A stretch of 64,000 nt of DNA from Phormidium sp. (GCA_051013385.1 CP143273.1:1568001-1632000); one strand, 5' to 3'; positions 20,458 to 29,776 are shown, numbered from the stretch's first letter. The notes: generated by a model from the letters alone, not told the origin. Numbers and translations: made by a program.

Positions 20458-23190
20458 ATGGCTCACGAAGAAAGTAAAACAACATCTCAGTTAAAAGAAG
20501 AAATAGAGGCGGCTTCACTCAGCGCAGAGGAGAGCTTGCTGAATCGAATTGCTAGTAAAATCCGTCGTTCCTTGGAGTTACCAGAAATTTTAACAACGAC
20601 GGCGGAAGAAATTCGGGCTTTTTTAAATACAGACAGAGTAAAAATTTATTCATTTCATACTGATGAGAGTGGGGAAGTAATTGCAGAGTCTATCAATAAT
20701 TATCGTTTACCTTCTTTGTTGGGTTTACATTTTCCGGCTGACGATATACCTTACCATGCGCGTCAGATGTTTTTGAAAGCCCGTCAAAGGGTAATTGTCG
20801 ATGTGGGTGCTGGGCGAAAAATTCTCAGTCAATTAGATTGTCCGCATACGGGAGAAAGCTTAATTTCAGAAGATATTCGTTACTGTCAAGTAGATGAGTG
20901 TCATGTAGAATATCTATCGACAATGGGGGTGCGTTCTTCGTTAACTGTGCCAATTTTGCATCAAAATCAACTTTGGGGTTTGTTGGTTTCTCATAATGCA
21001 AAACCGCGCCGCTATACGGAAAGAGAGTTGAAAATTGTGCAATTGTTAGTCGATCAATTATCGATCGCGATCGCTCAATCCGATCTCCTGTTTCGCGCCA
21101 GAAATCAAGCCGAACACGAAGCAACTATCAATCAAATCAGCCAAATTTTACACTCCCCACTAAACATTTTGAAAATTCGCCAAACCGTCCTCGAACAAGC
21201 AGTCAAAGTTCTAGATGGTTCTGGTGGCAGATTATATATTACGCCCAATGGCATAGCAGAATCTGCACAAGTTTTTCTTTCTGGTGAACAAGCAAATATA
21301 CCGGAACTGGAAGAAACTCTGTTTTGGCAAAAAATCATTGGATTAGACAAAAACAAGCAGGCAGAATATCTTAAATGCCCTATTTTATCCCAATCTTGGT
21401 CGCTCCCGAAACCAACCATCAAAACTAATTTTTTCCCCCAAAATTCAAGCAAATCTATAGAGCCAACAAATCTAGAATCTATTGATAATAAACATCCTGT
21501 TTCGCAGATTTATATTATTACCGATCTCTACCAAGAACCGCAATTTAAAGAATTAATTCCTGCCTTTAAAACCACTAGCATTCGCTCTTTATTAATTGTA
21601 CCATTGCGATATCATCAACAATGTGTAGGTTGTCTGACAATATTTAGAAATGAAATTGAGACGGAAAGATTATGGGCGGGAAGACTCAGAAAAGACAAAA
21701 GAAATTCTCGTCCTCGGAGATCTTTTCAAGCTTGGCGAGACGTGAGAAAAGGACAAAGTAAAGAGTGGAGTCAAGATGAAATTAAGTTAGCGCAAGCTTT
21801 GGGATTACATCTTTATATGGCTGTGATGCAAAAGCGGGTGGAAGATACAATTAAACATCAAGCTTCTCATGATTTACTAACAGGTTTACCGAATAGATTA
21901 CTATTTAGCGATCGCCTTTCCCTAGAATTAGCTCACCTGCAACAAGGTGGCAAAATGCTGGCGGTAGCGTTTCTCGATTTAGATTATTTTAAAAACATTA
22001 ATGATACTCTCGGTCATGCTACAGGCGATCAATTATTACGACAAGTTGCCCAAAGATTGCAAGCTGGTTTACGAGAAGGAGACCTAGTGGCGCGTTGGGG
22101 CGGAGATGAATTTACAATCTTATTAGCTGGCATTCTGAGTGGAGAAAATGCTGTTAATATTGTAGAGCGAATTCTGCACGTAATTAGCGCTCCTTTTAAT
22201 TTTAGCGGTCAAGAATTTTACGTCAAAGCTAGTATTGGAATTGCCTTTGCTCCTTATGATGGTGAAGATGCAGAAACACTGCTGAAAAATGCCGATGCTG
22301 CTATGTATAAAGCCAAGCAAAAAGGGCGGAATAACTATCAAGTATATACTCCCGCGATCGGAGATAAAGCCCTAGAACGCATGGTGTTGGAAAATAATTT
22401 ATACAAAGCCCTACAAAGAGCCGAATTTTTATTACATTACCAACCTCAATTAGATATAAATACAGGTAAAATTGTCGGGATGGAAGCATTAATTCGCTGG
22501 CAATCTGTAGAGAAAGGTTTAATTCGCCCAGATCAATTTATTCCGGTGGCGGAAGAAACGGGATTAATCTTTCAAATTGGCGAATGGGTATTAAGAACCG
22601 CCTGCGAACAAAACAAACTTTGGCAACAAGCTGGTTTACCACCAATCCGCGTCGCAGTCAATCTTTCGGCTAGACAATTTCAGAAACAAGACTTGGTAAA
22701 AACTATTGCTAAAGTGTTGCATGAAACCGGGTTAGAACCAGAGTATTTAGAAATCGAAATTACTGAGAGTATTGCCATCCAAGATGTAGACTTTACAATT
22801 GCAGTGTTGCATACTTTAAGAAGTATGGGAATACATATTTCTATGGATGATTTTGGTATAGGTTACTCTTCTCTGTGGTCGCTGAAAAGATTTCCCTTAG
22901 ATAAACTGAAAATCGATCGATCGTTCATTCATGATTTTATCAGCCATCCCAAAGATGCCGCAATTATTACCGCGATCGTTGATTTGGGGCACGCATTAAA
23001 CTTAAAATTAATTGCCGAGGGAGTAGAAACAGCAGAACAATTAAAATTTTTGCGATCGATAAATTGTGATGGTATCCAAGGTTATTTCTTTAGTCCCCCT
23101 GTCACTGCTCAAGCTGCTACTGAAATACTCAAAAATCAAACTAAAACCTTACTAAAGCTAGATTATTTGAAAACCGATCGTTTGGCTTAA
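20458..23190 (+). CDS. Knotless phytochrome (Cph2-like GAF-PHY) with GGDEF and EAL
   Basis: HFPADDIP, bilin-binding CH (VDECHVEY), PRRSF tongue motif, RWGGDEF, EAL/DDFG. Confidence 0.9.
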   Translation: MAHEESKTTSQLKEEIEAASLSAEESLLNRIASKIRRSLELPEILTTTAEEIRAFLNTDRVKIYSFHTDESGEVIAESINNYRLPSLLGLHFPADDIPYHARQMFLKARQRVIVDVGAGRKILSQLDCPHTGESLISEDIRYCQVDECHVEYLSTMGVRSSLTVPILHQNQLWGLLVSHNAKPRRYTERELKIVQLLVDQLSIAIAQSDLLFRARNQAEHEATINQISQILHSPLNILKIRQTVLEQAVKVLDGSGGRLYITPNGIAESAQVFLSGEQANIPELEETLFWQKIIGLDKNKQAEYLKCPILSQSWSLPKPTIKTNFFPQNSSKSIEPTNLESIDNKHPVSQIYIITDLYQEPQFKELIPAFKTTSIRSLLIVPLRYHQQCVGCLTIFRNEIETERLWAGRLRKDKRNSRPRRSFQAWRDVRKGQSKEWSQDEIKLAQALGLHLYMAVMQKRVEDTIKHQASHDLLTGLPNRLLFSDRLSLELAHLQQGGKMLAVAFLDLDYFKNINDTLGHATGDQLLRQVAQRLQAGLREGDLVARWGGDEFTILLAGILSGENAVNIVERILHVISAPFNFSGQEFYVKASIGIAFAPYDGEDAETLLKNADAAMYKAKQKGRNNYQVYTPAIGDKALERMVLENNLYKALQRAEFLLHYQPQLDINTGKIVGMEALIRWQSVEKGLIRPDQFIPVAEETGLIFQIGEWVLRTACEQNKLWQQAGLPPIRVAVNLSARQFQKQDLVKTIAKVLHETGLEPEYLEIEITESIAIQDVDFTIAVLHTLRSMGIHISMDDFGIGYSSLWSLKRFPLDKLKIDRSFIHDFISHPKDAAIITAIVDLGHALNLKLIAEGVETAEQLKFLRSINCDGIQGYFFSPPVTAQAATEILKNQTKTLLKLDYLKTDRLA

Positions 23191-23235
23191 TTAAGCAGAA
23201 TCAGGGCAAAAGCAATTATCAAGGTTGATGAGCAA

Positions 23236-24189
23236 ATGAGTAACCAAGAAGACAATTTCCAGCAATCAGAAATATTTACTATCCCCGTTGCACCACCGGG
23301 GTTTAAATCAGGTTTTATCGGCATTATTGGTCGTCCTAATGTGGGCAAATCTACCCTAATGAATTTGTTAGTAGGACAAAAAATTGCCATCACTTCCCCA
23401 GTAGCGCAAACTACCCGCAATCGCCTACAAGGAATTTTAACCACAGAAAAAGCTCAAATAATTTTTGTCGATACTCCCGGTATTCATAAACCCCATCACC
23501 GCTTAGGTGAAGTTTTGGTAAAAAATGCCCAAGTTGCGATGCAATCAGTGGATTTATTGCTGTTTTTAGTGGATGCTTCCCAAGAGGCGGGAGGAGGCGA
23601 TCGCTTTATTGTCGAACTATTAGAAAAAACCAAAACCCCAATAATTTTAGGATTGAACAAATTAGACCAACAACCCGCAAACTTTCAACCGATTGATGAT
23701 AGTTACATTCAAATAGCTAAAACTTATAATTGGCCTTTTGTTAAATTTTCCGCCCTGACAAGTGAAGGAATAGAAACACTCCAAGACTTATTAATTAGTA
23801 AATTAGAAACAGGTCCCTATTATTATCCCCCGGATTTAGTCACCGATCAACCAGAACGTTTTATTATGGGTGAATTAATCCGCGAACAAATTTTGTTGCT
23901 AACTCGCGAAGAAGTTCCCCACTCAGTAGCAGTGACAATTGAGCAAGTAGAAGAAGCGGAAACAATTACTCGCGTTTGGGCAACAATTCATGTTGAACGT
24001 GATTCTCAAAAAGGTATTTTAATCGGTAAAGCTGGTGGAATGCTAAAAGCAATTGGTAGCGCCGCTAGAGAACAAATGCAAAAGTTAATTTCTGGGAAAA
24101 TTTATTTAGAATTATTTGTGAAAGTGCAACCAAAATGGCGACAATCTCGCCTACGTTTGGCTGAATTTGGCTACAAAGTCGAAGAGTAA
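23236..24189 (+). CDS. era: GTPase Era
   Basis: GRPNVGKS, QTTR, DTPG, NKLD, KH domain. Confidence 0.97.
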   Translation: MSNQEDNFQQSEIFTIPVAPPGFKSGFIGIIGRPNVGKSTLMNLLVGQKIAITSPVAQTTRNRLQGILTTEKAQIIFVDTPGIHKPHHRLGEVLVKNAQVAMQSVDLLLFLVDASQEAGGGDRFIVELLEKTKTPIILGLNKLDQQPANFQPIDDSYIQIAKTYNWPFVKFSALTSEGIETLQDLLISKLETGPYYYPPDLVTDQPERFIMGELIREQILLLTREEVPHSVAVTIEQVEEAETITRVWATIHVERDSQKGILIGKAGGMLKAIGSAAREQMQKLISGKIYLELFVKVQPKWRQSRLRLAEFGYKVEE

Positions 24190-24190
24190 A

Positions 24191-24311
24191 CTGAGATAAG
24201 AGCACCATTCTCAACAAGACTTGAAAAACCGGGTTATGAACGAAAAAGCTGGGCTTTCAGATTTAGCTATTTGCAAGAAACCCGGTTTTTAGCCCGGGTG
24301 CAAGATCTGAG
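24191..24311. mobile_element. 121-bp MITE (TIR CTGAGATCTTGCACC type), copy 1
   Basis: Homologous to 25894-26014; flanked by TAAA duplication. Confidence 0.8.
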
Positions 24312-24367
24312 TAAAAGCGGCAGAAGGGTTAAAGGTTAAGGTAAAATCATAAAATAAAGTATAACGT

Positions 24368-24536
24368 CAATACTGCTCGGGTTTTGAGTAGGGGCGAAGC
24401 ATTCGGGTCAAAAATTATGGCCTAAAACCTAGATTTTCTGCCCGAATGCTAATGCCTACGACACGCACTCGCGTTCGCCCCTACAAAGGCAAAAAATACT
24501 TAACCGAGCAGTATTGAGAGTGGTGCAAGATCTCAG
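24368..24536. mobile_element. Composite miniature element: CAATACTGCTCGG TIRs enclosing a GTAG REP pair, plus a lone MITE end
   Basis: TIRs at 24368-24380 and 24504-24516; TATAACGT direct repeats at 24360 and 24537. Confidence 0.7.
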
Positions 24537-24574
24537 TATAACGTTCTCCTTAAGCCAGCCAGATCTGATGAATT

Positions 24575-25165
24575 ATGTCTCTATCTTCTAAAGTTCAAAT
24601 ATTTGGGGAATTCTTACAAGAAATCCCTATTAGTAATGACTATCTCACCTTGAATTTTTCCCCGGCTTCAGAGGCAAGAAAGCGCCGTTGGGAACACAAT
24701 GGTATATCAGCAGACTTTTTAGGCGACTACTTCGCGGCTTTTTTCCCTGGCGATGCGACTTCCGAGAAAAAAATTAATCGGAAAAACACAGTTAAAGGTA
24801 TAGTCAGTTATATCGCTAATGAGCTTTTAGAGAATGCGGTTAAGTATAGCGATCGATCTGCCAACTTACCAATTACTATTACCCTATATCTGTACGAGCA
24901 TGAATTGATTTTTCTTGTCACTAATTATGCTCAGGAAATAATGGTAGAAAAATATCAGAAATTTATCCGCGAACTGTTAGATTCCGACCCCGATGAACTT
25001 TATACCCGCCAACTAGAAAAAACCGCACTGGGAACAGGAGAATCCCACATAGGTTTGTTAACTATAATTAATGATTATTCTGCTCGCTTAGGTTGGAAAT
25101 TTGATTACTTAAAGCAAGATTTAAGCCTAATTCATGTAAGTGTCATAGCCAGGTTTGATATTTAA
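24575..25165 (+). CDS. Slr1658-like regulator (GHKL/ATP-binding-like)
   Basis: SADFLGDY, YIANELLENAVKY, IGLLTIINDY..LGWKF. Confidence 0.75.
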   Translation: MSLSSKVQIFGEFLQEIPISNDYLTLNFSPASEARKRRWEHNGISADFLGDYFAAFFPGDATSEKKINRKNTVKGIVSYIANELLENAVKYSDRSANLPITITLYLYEHELIFLVTNYAQEIMVEKYQKFIRELLDSDPDELYTRQLEKTALGTGESHIGLLTIINDYSARLGWKFDYLKQDLSLIHVSVIARFDI

Positions 25166-25239
25166 AATAAGTCACTAATATATCGGATTAATTGACGAAA
25201 TAGCAAATAAATACTATTAACTTGCTGAGGTGTAGACAA

Positions 25240-25584
25240 TTGCTGGAAATAAAAACAGATGACTATCAAATATGGCATAATTCAGAAAGATCAACAGTGT
25301 TTTTCCGAGGCTTCCTGCGATTGGCTGGAATGGAAGAATATCGACCTGTAATGGAATTGTTAATGAATGTGATTGAGGAAACTCCTAATTTTACAATTAA
25401 CTTGCAGGAATTGGAATTTCTTAACAGTTCAGGAATCAGTATGCTCTCTATGTTTGTCATTAAGGTGCGAGAAAAAGGTAATGTAAATTTGGTTTTACAA
25501 GGTTCAGGTAAAATTCTTTGGCAGACAAAATCCTTAAAGAATTTACAACGCTTGATGCCCGGTATCAAACTAGAATTTAGTTGA
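25240..25584 (+). CDS. Slr1659-like STAS/anti-sigma-antagonist-type regulator
   Basis: LEFLNSSGISML with phospho-acceptor Ser, WQTKSLKNLQRLMP; TTG start with GAGG RBS. Confidence 0.75.
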   Translation: MLEIKTDDYQIWHNSERSTVFFRGFLRLAGMEEYRPVMELLMNVIEETPNFTINLQELEFLNSSGISMLSMFVIKVREKGNVNLVLQGSGKILWQTKSLKNLQRLMPGIKLEFS

Positions 25585-25678
25585 TGCCAAATCGGAGATC
25601 GACTCGCTCTTAGCCCTTTAAGTTGCTAGTTGAGGCAGCAGGCGGGAGTAATGATGAACTGCCCGTATGGAGATTGCG

Positions 25679-25845
25679 ATTGCAATTTCAACTAATCCCT
25701 ATCAGGGATTGAAAGACTTTGGTGAGAGAAAAATAATTAAGGCTGGACTAATTGCAATTTCAACTAATCCCTATCAGGGATTGAAACAAGGAATTTGAAA
25801 AGCAGTTTCCCGAAGAATTTTACAATTGCAATTTCAACTAATCCC
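25679..25845 (+). CRISPR. Orphan CRISPR mini-array: two full 37-bp repeats, one truncated repeat, two spacers
   Basis: ATTGCAATTTCAACTAATCCCTATCAGGGATTGAAA(C/G) at 25679 and 25751, partial at 25825; unique spacers of 35 and 37 bp; repeat resembles cyanobacterial type I-D repeats. Confidence 0.9.
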
Positions 25846-26038
25846 AGAAACCGGGTTTCTTTGGCTTGGGGTAAGGAAAGCTCGACTGCGATCCTTAGAT
25901 CTTGCACCATTCTCAACAAGACCTGAAAAACCGGGTTTTTTTATGAAAAATATAGGCTTTCAGGTTTAGCTATTTGCAAGAAACCCGGTTTTTAGTCCTG
26001 GTGCAAGATCTAAGGATCGCTCCTGAAACCCGGTTTCT
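25846..26038. mobile_element. AGAAACCGGGTTTCT-type palindromic element containing nested 121-bp MITE copy 2 (25894-26014)
   Basis: Outer inverted palindromes; inner TIRs CTTAGATCTTGCACCA with GATC duplication. Confidence 0.8.
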
Positions 26039-26070
26039 CATCCCCGAAGGAGTTCTAGGGATTGATTAGT

Positions 26071-26406
26071 TTATTTTGCTTCCGAAAGTGTGAGTAAAAA
26101 AGCTAAATTTTCTTCGGTTTTTAAAGCATGGGGAGCATGAGCAGGCATAAATACAAAAACACCTGGTTCTAAAATAATATCTTCGCCTTCTAAAGTAAGA
26201 ATTCCCTTGCCTTCAATCACATTAACTGTAGCGTTGCGAGTGGCAGTATGTTCCGAAATTTCTGTGCCACCTGCAAGACAAAACAGCGTGTGTTGACAGT
26301 TATTATCTTTGAGAATAACTTTACTTAAAACTCCTCCCCCTGGATATTCAATTTGATCTTTGATTTGCGTCACAAAAGATGATGTTGATAAAGTTGTAGA
26401 AGTCAT
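26071..26406 (-). CDS. Cupin domain protein
   Basis: ISEHT...MPAHAPHAL cupin motifs. Confidence 0.88.
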   Translation of the reverse strand: MTSTTLSTSSFVTQIKDQIEYPGGGVLSKVILKDNNCQHTLFCLAGGTEISEHTATRNATVNVIEGKGILTLEGEDIILEPGVFVFMPAHAPHALKTEENLAFLLTLSEAK

Positions 26407-26438
26407 ATTTTCTCCTTTGGTAATTGATGAGTTACTAG

Positions 26439-27224
26439 TTAATTTCTTTCGGCTACTAAAACGATGTAACCTAAATCTTGCTGGTATTTTTGGAAAATGC
26501 GGCGCATGGCTAGAACTCGTTGCCGAATTTGGGAATTAGTGGCAACGTTCCAGAGAATTTTAGCAACACTAAATAATCCTTCATCCTGAATCATTCGTCG
26601 CAGGTTTAGTAATGCCATGCTGCCAGTTTGATGCTGTTTAACTTCTAATTCACTATTAGCAAAAGTAGCAATCCAATTTGCCTGAGATAAAGGTGATGTA
26701 TCACTTCTGATGACTCTGGCTAATTCTTGATGGATTTCTGCTTCTCTGTTATCAGCTAACATTTCATGAGAAAGAAATTTTCCGCCCGGTTTTAGTTTGG
26801 CATGAATTCCATTTAAAATTTTAGCTTTTCTGGGAGCAGATTGCATCGATAAAATTGCCTCAGCAAATACATAATCAAACTGAAGAGAAATTGCTTCTAA
26901 GTGGAAAATATCTCCTTCAATAATGGTAATTTTATCTGTTAAACCAGCAGCTTGAATATTAGCACGGGCACGGGCTACGCTAGCGGGATTTTTTTCCACA
27001 CCTACTACTTTGACACCAAAACGTTGGGCAAGTGCGATCGCGCTATATCCAAAACTAGAAGCTAATTCCAACACAGTCTCATCAGGTTGAAAATTCGCCC
27101 ATCTAAATAGTTGTTCTGTAGCCGATTTTCCCCCCGGACGTAAAATTTTCTTACCTGCTGCCGCTAGCACCTGATGTCCCGGCGCAGTTTGCAAATTGAT
27201 TGTTGTCTGTGCCATCTTTGCCAC
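26439..27224 (-). CDS. SAM-dependent methyltransferase
   Basis: PGHQVLAAAGKKILRPGG, VLELASSFG, LKPGG. Confidence 0.88.
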   Translation of the reverse strand: MAKMAQTTINLQTAPGHQVLAAAGKKILRPGGKSATEQLFRWANFQPDETVLELASSFGYSAIALAQRFGVKVVGVEKNPASVARARANIQAAGLTDKITIIEGDIFHLEAISLQFDYVFAEAILSMQSAPRKAKILNGIHAKLKPGGKFLSHEMLADNREAEIHQELARVIRSDTSPLSQANWIATFANSELEVKQHQTGSMALLNLRRMIQDEGLFSVAKILWNVATNSQIRQRVLAMRRIFQKYQQDLGYIVLVAERN

Positions 27225-27274
27225 CTTCTCTTTCAGTCTTAACTTCAGTTTGGCAAAAACTCGCTATTAGATCT

Positions 27275-27288
27275 TTGACTTAGATCAA
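27275..27288. promoter_or_regulatory. Crp/Fnr-family (Fnr/HcpR-like) binding box
   Basis: TTGAC-TTAG-ATCAA, 9/10 match to TTGAT-N4-ATCAA, about 50 bp upstream of the methyltransferase-cupin operon. Confidence 0.55.
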
Positions 27289-27354
27289 GTTTCCTAATTC
27301 TTCTCAGTGATTCTTGGTACAACACAGTAGGATTACTTAATGTATTAAAAATCA

Positions 27355-27710
27355 CTTAAACAAAGTTTAAATAGCTTTGGGTAACATTAGTAAAGTTGTA
27401 ATCACCTGGTAGGAATTTGCGGGAAAGGTAGGGGTGTACCTTGTTGAGTAATAAATGTGGTGGGAGTTAATCCTAAATCTTGGGCTAAATAATCAATCCA
27501 GTTTGGCCCATTGGAAAATCGACCATTGAAGTAGTAGGTAGGAAACTGTTGGGGAGAAGAGTTGTAAATATTACCAGAATCGGAAAGGCTATCACCAAAA
27601 ACATACATTTTACTGTAACTTAAATCGGCAGCCTGAGCAGCAGATTCTAAGACAGGAGTAAATGCGATCGCAACACTGGCACTAGCGACAAAAAGTTTCT
27701 GCCAACCCAT
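27355..27710 (-). pseudogene. Internally deleted secreted GDSL/SGNH lipase
   Basis: Signal peptide + FGDSLSD + GRFSNGP stops at 102 aa; a second frame continues PGDYNFTNVTQS, resembling the C-terminal GDSL segment. Confidence 0.7.
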
Positions 27711-27837
27711 ATATTTTATATTTCCGAGTCTGAATTTATACTAATTTTTTATTTTAGGTGGTTAAGGTGTAAAATTTATGAAATTTCTGTAAATAATGAA
27801 AAAGTTAACCATTTTTCCAGAACGCGATCGGTGAAAG

Positions 27838-29526
27838 ATGTCTGAGAAATTTTTCTATCAACTATCGGCAGCGTTAGTGGGTGCAGCGATCGTAATGGTG
27901 CAACCGCAAATAGCTGTACCCCAAACACTCGATGAACAAGCGATCGCTAATCTCGCTAGACTTGCCACCGTCGTCATCAACGGTCAAAATCCAGGTTCAG
28001 GTGTGATTATTTCCCAACAAGGAAACACATACTATGTCTTAACTGCCAAGCACGTTGTCGCCACCCAAGACGAATACGAAATCGTTACCTCAGATGGCAT
28101 CAAACATCCCCTAAACTACAGCACCGTTAAAAAATTACCTGGAATAGACTTAGCACTAGTGCAGTTTACCAGTAATAAAAAATACTTAGTTGCTCCCGTA
28201 AGAGATTCTGACAAAGTAACTCAAGGAGAGACAATTTATATTTCCGGTTGGCCCCATCCCGGACAGGCAATTACCCAAAGGATCTTTCAGCTAACATCGG
28301 GGAAAATATCCGGGCGACCTTTGGAATCCTTAGAAGATGGCTATGGCTTAGTTTATACAAATATCACCCGTTCTGGGATGAGTGGTGGGCCCGTATTTGA
28401 TGGCAATGGAGTCGTGATTGGCATTCACGGAAGGGCGGATGGGGAACAAATTATTAATCCTGAAACTGGGCAAACTATTAATATCAAATCAGGGTTTAAT
28501 TTGGGAATTCCCATTAACACTTTTGTGAAATTCGCATCGCCACAGGGAATCAAATTACATTATTTTGGTGATAACTTCTTTGAAAATGAAGTACAAGTTC
28601 TCAGCGGACATAAAAATGCGGTTACTTCCGTAGAGATTGCCCCAGATAATCGGACTTTAGCCTCTGGAAGTTACGATACGACGATCAAGTTGTGGGATTT
28701 ACAAACAGGTAAATTACTGCGAACTCTCACCGGGCATTCTAACGTGGTGATAAAATTAGCGATCGCCCCAGATAATCGAACTTTAGCCTCTGCAAGTTCT
28801 GACAAAACAATCAAACTTTGGGATATGCAAACGGGCAAACTTTTACGAACTATCACCGGGCATTCAGATATAGTGCGATCGGTAGCTTTCAGTCCAGATG
28901 GTCAAACTTTAGCCAGTGGCAGCGATGACAAAACAATCAAGATTTGGAACTTAAATACAGGTCAATTGTTGCAAACTTTAGCGGATAGCGATCGCTATAA
29001 TCAAGGCTTTGTTGATTACGTGCATTTCAGCCCAGATGGACAAACAATAACCAGTGGAGAATTGCAAGGTTTGATTCGGTTGTGGAATGTTCAAACTGGC
29101 AAATTGCAGACTACCATACAAGACGATCGTATTTGTGCTGAGCGAGTATGGTGGGCATTAGCTCTCTCGCCTTTAGGAGAAAAAATTGCAGGTGTTTGTG
29201 ACAAGCAGGATACCCTAAAAGTCTGGGATACAAATACTGGGAAACTACTATATACAATTCAAAAAAATTCTCCTACTGCTATAGCAATTAACCCTTATGG
29301 TCAACTTCTCGCTGGTGTAGATTGGCAAGGAAACATCAATATTTGGAATTTATACAGCGGACAACTGTTGCGTAACAACCGATTACTAGATGCCGAAAAA
29401 GGGGATTATGCTCTTTTCACCTCTGTTGCTTTCAGTTCTGATGGACAAACTCTCGTTGCAGGTTCCAGAACTTTACCTGCATACTTAGGCCCCGGATACA
29501 TTTATGTTTTCCGACTATCGCGGTAG
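27838..29526 (+). CDS. Trypsin-like serine protease fused to WD40 repeats
   Basis: TAKHVV, DLA, GMSGGP triad; about 7 WD40 repeats. Confidence 0.92.
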   Translation: MSEKFFYQLSAALVGAAIVMVQPQIAVPQTLDEQAIANLARLATVVINGQNPGSGVIISQQGNTYYVLTAKHVVATQDEYEIVTSDGIKHPLNYSTVKKLPGIDLALVQFTSNKKYLVAPVRDSDKVTQGETIYISGWPHPGQAITQRIFQLTSGKISGRPLESLEDGYGLVYTNITRSGMSGGPVFDGNGVVIGIHGRADGEQIINPETGQTINIKSGFNLGIPINTFVKFASPQGIKLHYFGDNFFENEVQVLSGHKNAVTSVEIAPDNRTLASGSYDTTIKLWDLQTGKLLRTLTGHSNVVIKLAIAPDNRTLASASSDKTIKLWDMQTGKLLRTITGHSDIVRSVAFSPDGQTLASGSDDKTIKIWNLNTGQLLQTLADSDRYNQGFVDYVHFSPDGQTITSGELQGLIRLWNVQTGKLQTTIQDDRICAERVWWALALSPLGEKIAGVCDKQDTLKVWDTNTGKLLYTIQKNSPTAIAINPYGQLLAGVDWQGNINIWNLYSGQLLRNNRLLDAEKGDYALFTSVAFSSDGQTLVAGSRTLPAYLGPGYIYVFRLSR

Positions 29527-29532
29527 CTATAT

Positions 29533-29758
29533 GTAGGGTGCGTATAGCCTGCGGCATTTAAGAAAAACGCCAGTGTAACGCACCATTCCAAAGTTTTAAG
29601 TAGGTAGATGTAAATAAAGTGAAAACCAAGCGGGCTCTCCTGCCCGCTCCACAAGAAAGCTGTAACTCTTGTGGGGCGGGCAGGAGAGCCCGCCTCATCC
29701 AAAGATAACGCCTCATCCAAAGATAACTATTATCACTTTATTTATTTGCATCTACTTA
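29533..29758. mobile_element. GTAG REP followed by MITE (TAGGTAGATGTAAATAAA...TTTATTTGCATCTACTTA) enclosing a GTGG-type REP pair
   Basis: TIRs at 29601 and 29758; internal inverted GCGGGCTCTCCTGCCCGC; short tandem duplication CGCCTCATCCAAAGATAA. Confidence 0.75.
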
Positions 29759-29776
29759 ACAATACCAATCCCCAAT

